A DNA stretch of 64,000 nucleotides from Mobula hypostoma. Its lineage: Eukaryota. A model generated the notes under the pieces. It searched no databases. It was given only the letters and a program-made list of their open reading frames with translations, and was not told where the DNA came from. Below are positions 61,940-64,000 of this stretch, in pieces. Within the stretch, counting starts at the first letter, position 1, and each line of letters begins with the position of its first letter. A program made the position numbers and the translations under genes. The DNA is taken from NCBI RefSeq assembly GCF_963921235.1, contig NC_086100.1, positions 203,238,001 to 203,302,000 on the forward strand. Reading direction: 5' to 3'.

Positions 61940-64000
61940 GTCGAGTTGTTGGCACCATTAGCAATAAACAGGAAGTAAGAGGTGGAGAGTTTCTTAAATG
62001 CATCGATTTGAATGCTAGGAGCATTGTAGAGAAGGTGGATGAGCTTAGAGTATGGATTGATAACTGGAAATATGAAGTAGTAGCTATTAGTGAATCATGG
62101 TTGCAGGAGGGGTGTGATTGGCAACTAAGTATTCCTGGATTTCGTTGCTTCAGGTGTGATAGAATCGGAGGGGCAAGGGGGGAGGTGTAGCATTGCTTGT
62201 CAGAGAAAATATTATAGCAGTGCTTTGGCAAGATAGATTAGAGGACTCGTCTAGGGAGGCTATTTGGGTAGAATTGAGGAATGGGAAAGTTGTAGTAACG
62301 CTTATAGGGGTGTATTATAGACCATCTAATGGGGAGTGAGAATTGGAGGAGCAAATTTGTAAGGAGATAGCAGATATTTGTAGTAAGCACAAGTTTGTGA
62401 TTGGGGAAGATTTTAATTTTCCACACATAGACTGGGAAACCCATTCTGTAAAAGGGCTGGATGGTTTGGAGTTTGTAAAATGTGTGCAAGATTGTTTTTG
62501 CAGCAATACATAGAGGTACCAACTCAAGAACTGGCAGTGTTGGATCTCCTGTTAGGGAATGAGATAGGTCAGGTGACGGAAGTATGTGTTGGGGAGCAAA
62601 TAGGGTCCAGTGATCACAATGCCATTAGTTTCAATATAATTATGGAGAAGGATAGGACTGGACCCAGGGTTGAGATTTTTGATTGGAGAAAGGCTAACTT
62701 TGAGGAGATGCGAAAGGATTTGGAAGGAGTGGATTGGGACAATTTGTTTTATGGGAAGGATGTAATAGAGAAATGGAGGTCATTTAAAGGTGAAATTTTG
62801 AGGGTACAGAATCTTTATGTTCCTGTTAGGTTGAAAGGAAAGGTTAAAAGTTTGAGAGAGCCATGGTTTAAAGGGATATTGGATACTTGGTTCGGAAAAA
62901 GAGAGAGATCTGCAATAAATATAGGGAGCATGGAGTAAATAAGGTGCTTGAGGAATATAAACAATGTAAAAAGAATCTTAAGAAAGAAATTAGAAACGCT
63001 AAAAGGAGATATGCGGTTGATTTGGCAAGTAAGTTGAAAATAAATCCAAAGGGTTTCTACAGTTATTTTAACAGCAAAAGGATAGTGAGGGATAAAATTG
63101 GTCCCTTAGAGAATCAGAGTGTACAGCAATGTGTGGAACCAAAAGAGATGGGGGAGATTTTGAACAATTTCTTTTCTTCGGTATTCACTAAGGAGAAGGA
63201 TATTGAATTGTGTAAGATAAGGGATAAAAGTAGGGTAGTTACGGAAACTATGACGATTAAAGAAGAGTGAGTACTGGCGCTTTTAAGGAATATGAAAATG
63301 GTTAAGTCTCCGGGTCCTGACAGGACATTCCCTAGGACATTGAGGGAAGTTAGTGTGGAAATAGCAGGGGCTCAGATAGAAATATTTCAAACGTCAGTAG
63401 AAACGGGGATGGTGCCGCAGAATTGGCGTATTTCTCATGTTGTTCTTCTGTTTAAAAAGGGTTCTAAGAGTAAATTATCGACCTGTGAGTTTGACGTCAG
63501 TGGTGAGTAAATAGTTGGAAAGTATTCTTAGAGATGGTATATATAATTATCTGGATAAACAGGGCCTGATTTGGAACAGCCAGCATGGATTTGTGCGTGG
63601 AAGGTCATGTTTGACAAAACTTATTGAATTTTTTTAAGAGGTTACTTGGAAAGTTGACGATGGTAAAGCGGTGGATGTTGTCTACATGGACTTCATTAAG
63701 GCCTTTGACAAGGTTCCGCATGGAAGGTTACTTAGGAAGGTTCAATCGTTAGGTATTAATATTGAAGCAGTAAAATGTATTCAGTGGTGGCTGGATGGGA
63801 GACACCGGAGACTAGTGGTGGAAAACTGTTTGTCATGTTGGAGGCCGGTGTCTACTGGTGTGCCTCAGGGATCTGTACTGGGTCCAATGTTGTTTGTCAG
63901 ATATATTAATGATCTGGATGATGGGGTGGTAAATTGGATTTGTAAGTATGCAGATGATACTAAGATAGGTGGAGTTGTGGATAATGAAGTAGATTTTCAA
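61940..64000 (+). mobile_element. CR1 LINE ORF2 (APE and RT), decayed, running off the window
   Basis: [40 protein letters not shown]. Confidence 0.92.

Noticed and set aside
61160..61940. Candidate first coding exon of the GPCR
   Set aside because: No minus-strand segment encoding a TM1 start with a phase-1 donor could be identified.

Overview
Repeat-dense vertebrate genomic DNA. It is most likely a cartilaginous fish (shark/ray); this is inferred from the CR1/L1/Rex1/Penelope repeat mix and the GPR139-like receptor type. About two-thirds of the window is a diverged tandem segmental duplication (about 1-14,226 vs 30,180-49,887, offset about 30 kb) built of nested retroelements, and each copy carries private insertions and deletions. 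Between the copies lies a CpG-island promoter followed by a tandem C2H2 zinc-finger gene or pseudogene. Copy 2 also holds a decayed histone H4 gene behind its TATA box and a full-length, disrupted CsRn1-like Gypsy element (LTRs, TSD, tRNA-Trp PBS, GGGAAAC slippery site). The right third looks CpG-rich and contains old CR1, a HERO-type RLE retroposon fragment, a 1.6-kb solo LTR with minisatellites and the main coding exon of a GPR139-like GPCR. Penelope-like elements contribute hammerhead-ribozyme motifs. I found no clearly new biological system; the best leads are listed as findings. All alignments and counts were done by eye.
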